A stretch of DNA of 56,287 nucleotides, counting the filler, from Sluysia triapertura (taxonomy: Eukaryota), in the NCBI GenBank assembly GCA_046118255.1. It is 4 parts of 4 records of this genome, joined end to end, with 100 filler letters (N's around TTAATTAATTAA, not from the genome) between each part and the next. Parts side by side here need not be neighbours in the genome. Positions count along the whole stretch, not along the records: positions 41,083 to 56,287 come from JBJNIA010234783.1; 3 more parts are not named here. One strand, written 5' to 3'. The position numbers and the translations under genes were made by a program. Position 1 is the first letter of the stretch. Each line of letters begins with the position of its first letter. Below are positions 53,274 through 56,287 of this stretch, piece by piece. The notes below the pieces were generated by a model. It ran no database searches, was not told where the DNA came from, and saw only the letters and a list, made by a program, of their open reading frames with translations.

Positions 53274-54159
53274 CCATAGTAAAACCTTTAAACTTAGAAT
53301 AAAATAAGTTAATCAATAAATCAATAATTAACTTAATTAAGAAAAATTACGTTCGAGTGAATAACTTTTGAATGAGGAAAGCTATGTTAAAACTGTAATT
53401 GTGTATGTATGTGTCTTAAAGAGGCATTTCCATGAAGGTAAGGTTTGACCGAGTTCATGCGAAGAAAGCTTCTATATTGAGCAAATTCGAATTTTAATTA
53501 ATTTTTATTTTAAAATGATAAAATTTTCATATTTAGAATGATGAAGAGATTATGAGTTGGGTATGGGGTGATTATGATGAAATAGGAGACTTTGAAAATG
53601 AGGTTGAAATGTTTGTGAAATGGAAAACATTAAACTTGAGTGTGAGGTATTGAAAATTAATTAAAATGTAAAAACTAAAGTTAAATTCATTATTTTTAAG
53701 TATGTCAATAATAATAATTGTTATTTAAATGTAAGAAGTGATTCATGAAAAAATAGTTCGAGTAGAGTAGAAGAAAAAATGATAGTTGATTGTTAATCGA
53801 ATTATTTTGTTTTTCTTGACAGCTCTTACCATATAAGTGCCAAAGTCCTTTGCGTCGTTTTAATCTTTAAAATAGGTTTTGATGATTTGTGTCAAGATAA
53901 TTTCTGATTGTAAGTTGAGAGTGACTGGACGGTAAAGAGATATAAAGCGAATACACAGAATCTGCTTCACCACAACAACGTTTATGAGAAAACAGAAAAT
54001 CCATGATGATGGTAACATTTTTGTTTATTTTACAATTTTAAAATAGCCTAATATTTTTATTTATTTTATAATTTTAACTAATTAAAATAAATTTATAATT
54101 TATTGAATAATTTTTGAATAAGTTAAGTCAACGATAAATTGATTTTTATTTGATTTTAT

Positions 54160-54420
54160 AACTTTATTTGACTTTAATTAATTTCTTATGGAGACTCCTT
54201 GCCGAATTATTTTGAGCATATTTTTAAGTGTTTAAATTTTGTTTTATTTAACTCTCGATAAATTGATTTTAATTGAGTTTAGGGAGACTACTTGTTCAGA
54301 TTATTTTGAATTGGCTTAAGTTATATATTTAATAATTATTTTAAGTTTGAATTTTAATTTTTTTAACTTTCAGCTAGTGATTTAATTGCATTGTGGGAGA
54401 CTCCCTGCCAAATTATATTT
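54160..54420. repeat. Degenerate tandem repeat, 3 units of ~93-114 bp
   Basis: Anchors ggagact(c/a)c(t/c)tg...attat at ~54190, ~54282 and ~54396, with similar upstream ttaact...ttgattttaatt. Confidence 0.75.
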
Positions 54421-55161
54421 TTATAGTTTCTTGGTTATTACGTTAAAGTAAAGATATTTGACAAGACATAAATATAATTGTTATCGACTTTAATTTTTGT
54501 AGAAATTGGTATTTTAATTTTGCTAATTGTTGCGTTACCTCTGGTTTCCTTTTTGACATATTATTGCGCGTTTAATAATAATAATAAACAGATATATTGT
54601 TGATTTTAAGATTTAGTCATTTTTAGTTAATTTATTCCTATTCTTATATTTGATTTTACGAAAATTATTACTTTAATTTATTTAGATATTGCACTTACTA
54701 CTGTTTTATCTTCAGATGAGTAAATCCTAGCCATCACTATGATTCTACTTAAAAATATAAATTCATTGTATATATTGTTTTAATTTCGATCAACTAAATA
54801 AATGATTATAAGTATTGTTTGAATTTCTATGGACCAATTCAATAAATAAATATTGTTCTTATGGTGGCCAACATATTACCTTAATAAATTTATCAAAAAT
54901 TTTATTTTAAGTATGAAGTGTGGAGGGCCAAATATTTTTAAATTTTAAATTATTTTTATTTATTCTTATCAAACAAGTTGTAATTAAAATGTAACAATTT
55001 ATAAACTTTATTTTAAAAGTAATTAACATGGGCTTAAGGCCCGAAACAATTGAAAAGAAAACAATTAAAATATTTAACAAATAGACAAGATTTGTTAACA
55101 TGAATATATTATTTACATAACAAAATAATAAGTATAAAGTTGAAAATATAATAAAAATAAC

Positions 55162-55744
55162 CCATGAACACAGAACAGTCCAAAATACATGATCAGATTT
55201 AAAAGTCTTAGTCCATAAATAAAATGTTAGTAGCATAACAGAATTAGCTGCATTTTCATTGTCGTAATTTCCAGATGTACTTTGACTTGAATAACCAGGA
55301 GCAATTGCTATGAGCAAGGTAGCAACATAACCAGCATTATCGTCCCACATTTCTTTAGTTAATAAAATTGTTAATAAAACAGTAAAAGAACTAAAAATGA
55401 GTCCGATAAACACGGAGATCTGTCTGATATGAACTGGTAATGATAACATGTCGAGAATGTAATGTACCAATCCAGACGTTAACATTAGTCCAGGATAAAT
55501 TGTCCCTCTTACAGTTATTCCTAGCGGATACCAAACTTTATCATCGAACCAATTGGTAAATTCATAAAAACCTTCATTAACTAATTTGAGTGTTGACGAT
55601 AATTGAACCATAGATTAAATTCATGAATAATACTTTAATAAAGAATGACAGCAAACCATCTTGAACAAAAACTAAGTGTACATGCTACTATCAAAATTAA
55701 AGTTCCACATATTTGCTTTTAAGAATAGCGTTTTGAAAAAACAT
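55162..55744 (-). pseudogene. STT3B: STT3B-like oligosaccharyltransferase catalytic subunit, disabled N-terminal fragment
   Basis: SRWFAVILY*SIIHEFNLWFNYR/STLKLVNEGFYEFTNWFDDKVWYPLG..V.GTIYPGLM.TSGL.H...VHIRQ...IAPGYSSQS.SGNYDNE. In-frame TAA at 55635-37, 1-nt frameshift at ~55597, a further upstream stop; similarity ends at ~55162. Confidence 0.9.
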
Positions 55745-56287
55745 ACTTTCATTAACTTATAACTATAACACAATTGCCTTGTGAATCAATTGTGTTAAAT
55801 ATTAAATCAACATATTATCGATTTTTTTAAATTATTTTATATTCACTTATCATTTGAAATCACATTTTAATTGCAATAAAATTATGAGTTAAATCTACTT
55901 TATACTTTTTAGAAAGCTTATTATTTTTATTACTCTGATAATTAGAATTTGATCAAAGTTAACAATATAATTAAAATATAAATAATTCCTACCTATTTCA
56001 TATTTATAAACAAAAACTTTTTTTTACAATTTCTTACCTTTTATTGTTTGTATTAGAACTTACCTAGATATCAATTGGAAAACACTAAATTTTAATTAGA
56101 ACTTGTTTTACTACGGAGTTTGCTTCATTCCTTTATAAACTATTAATTATTACTTTAAAATTAAAACTTGCAATTATCGTGACAAACTGTATTAATTAAT
56201 AGATTCACATTTGCAATAATTTATAATAATAATATATTATAATATTTCATTATGCTTTTTTCCATTAATTAAGAACTGTTTAATTGA

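Noticed and set aside
54160-54420. Regularly spaced ggagact.c.tg anchors (also 16789-17010 and 52270-52408) as CRISPR-like arrays
   Set aside because: Repeats are degenerate, spacers are similar to one another and uneven, no cas genes are present, and the context is eukaryotic.
22381-55744. Frequent in-frame TAA at Glu/Gln-like positions (STT3, RT, dead ORFs) suggesting a reassigned genetic code
   Set aside because: The intact exons of EHD, lipase, glomulin and ITPK contain no in-frame TAA/TAG, and the affected regions mostly also carry TGA stops or frameshifts; AT-biased decay is sufficient.

Overview
Very AT-rich (by eye ~77-78% AT) eukaryotic nuclear DNA, almost certainly from an invertebrate animal. 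No prokaryotic operons, CRISPR arrays or rRNA were seen. The window is not one locus: three identical 100-nt artificial spacers (N44-TTAATTAATTAA-N44) join four pieces (1-10768, 10869-23259, 23360-40982, 41083-56287), so adjacency across them is not biological evidence. Recognisable spliced host genes, all partial: last two exons of an EH-domain ATPase (EHD family, +); first exon of a secreted acid lipase (LIPA/LIPF family, -); three exons of a glomulin-like gene (+); two exons of an inositol-trisphosphate 3-kinase (+). There is also a disabled STT3B-like copy (-) and a tRNA-Ala-like gene with a broken anticodon arm (-). Most of the rest is decayed mobile DNA: a Tc3-like DD34E element with IR/DR ends, a piggyBac-type MITE, a Tc2-like end, mariner/pogo relics, an L2/CR1 RT fragment, gypsy pol/integrase relics, a dispersed LTR-like family, and (ATT)n microsatellites. 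I found no clear new biological system. The best leads are a cluster of tiny exons at 52.5-52.8 kb, an unannotated small basic ORF between the lipase and glomulin genes, a decayed orphan gene with a ~50-aa internal repeat, the odd tRNA-Ala, and a long open frame after the EHD stop codon. All homology calls come from recalled motifs, not database searches.
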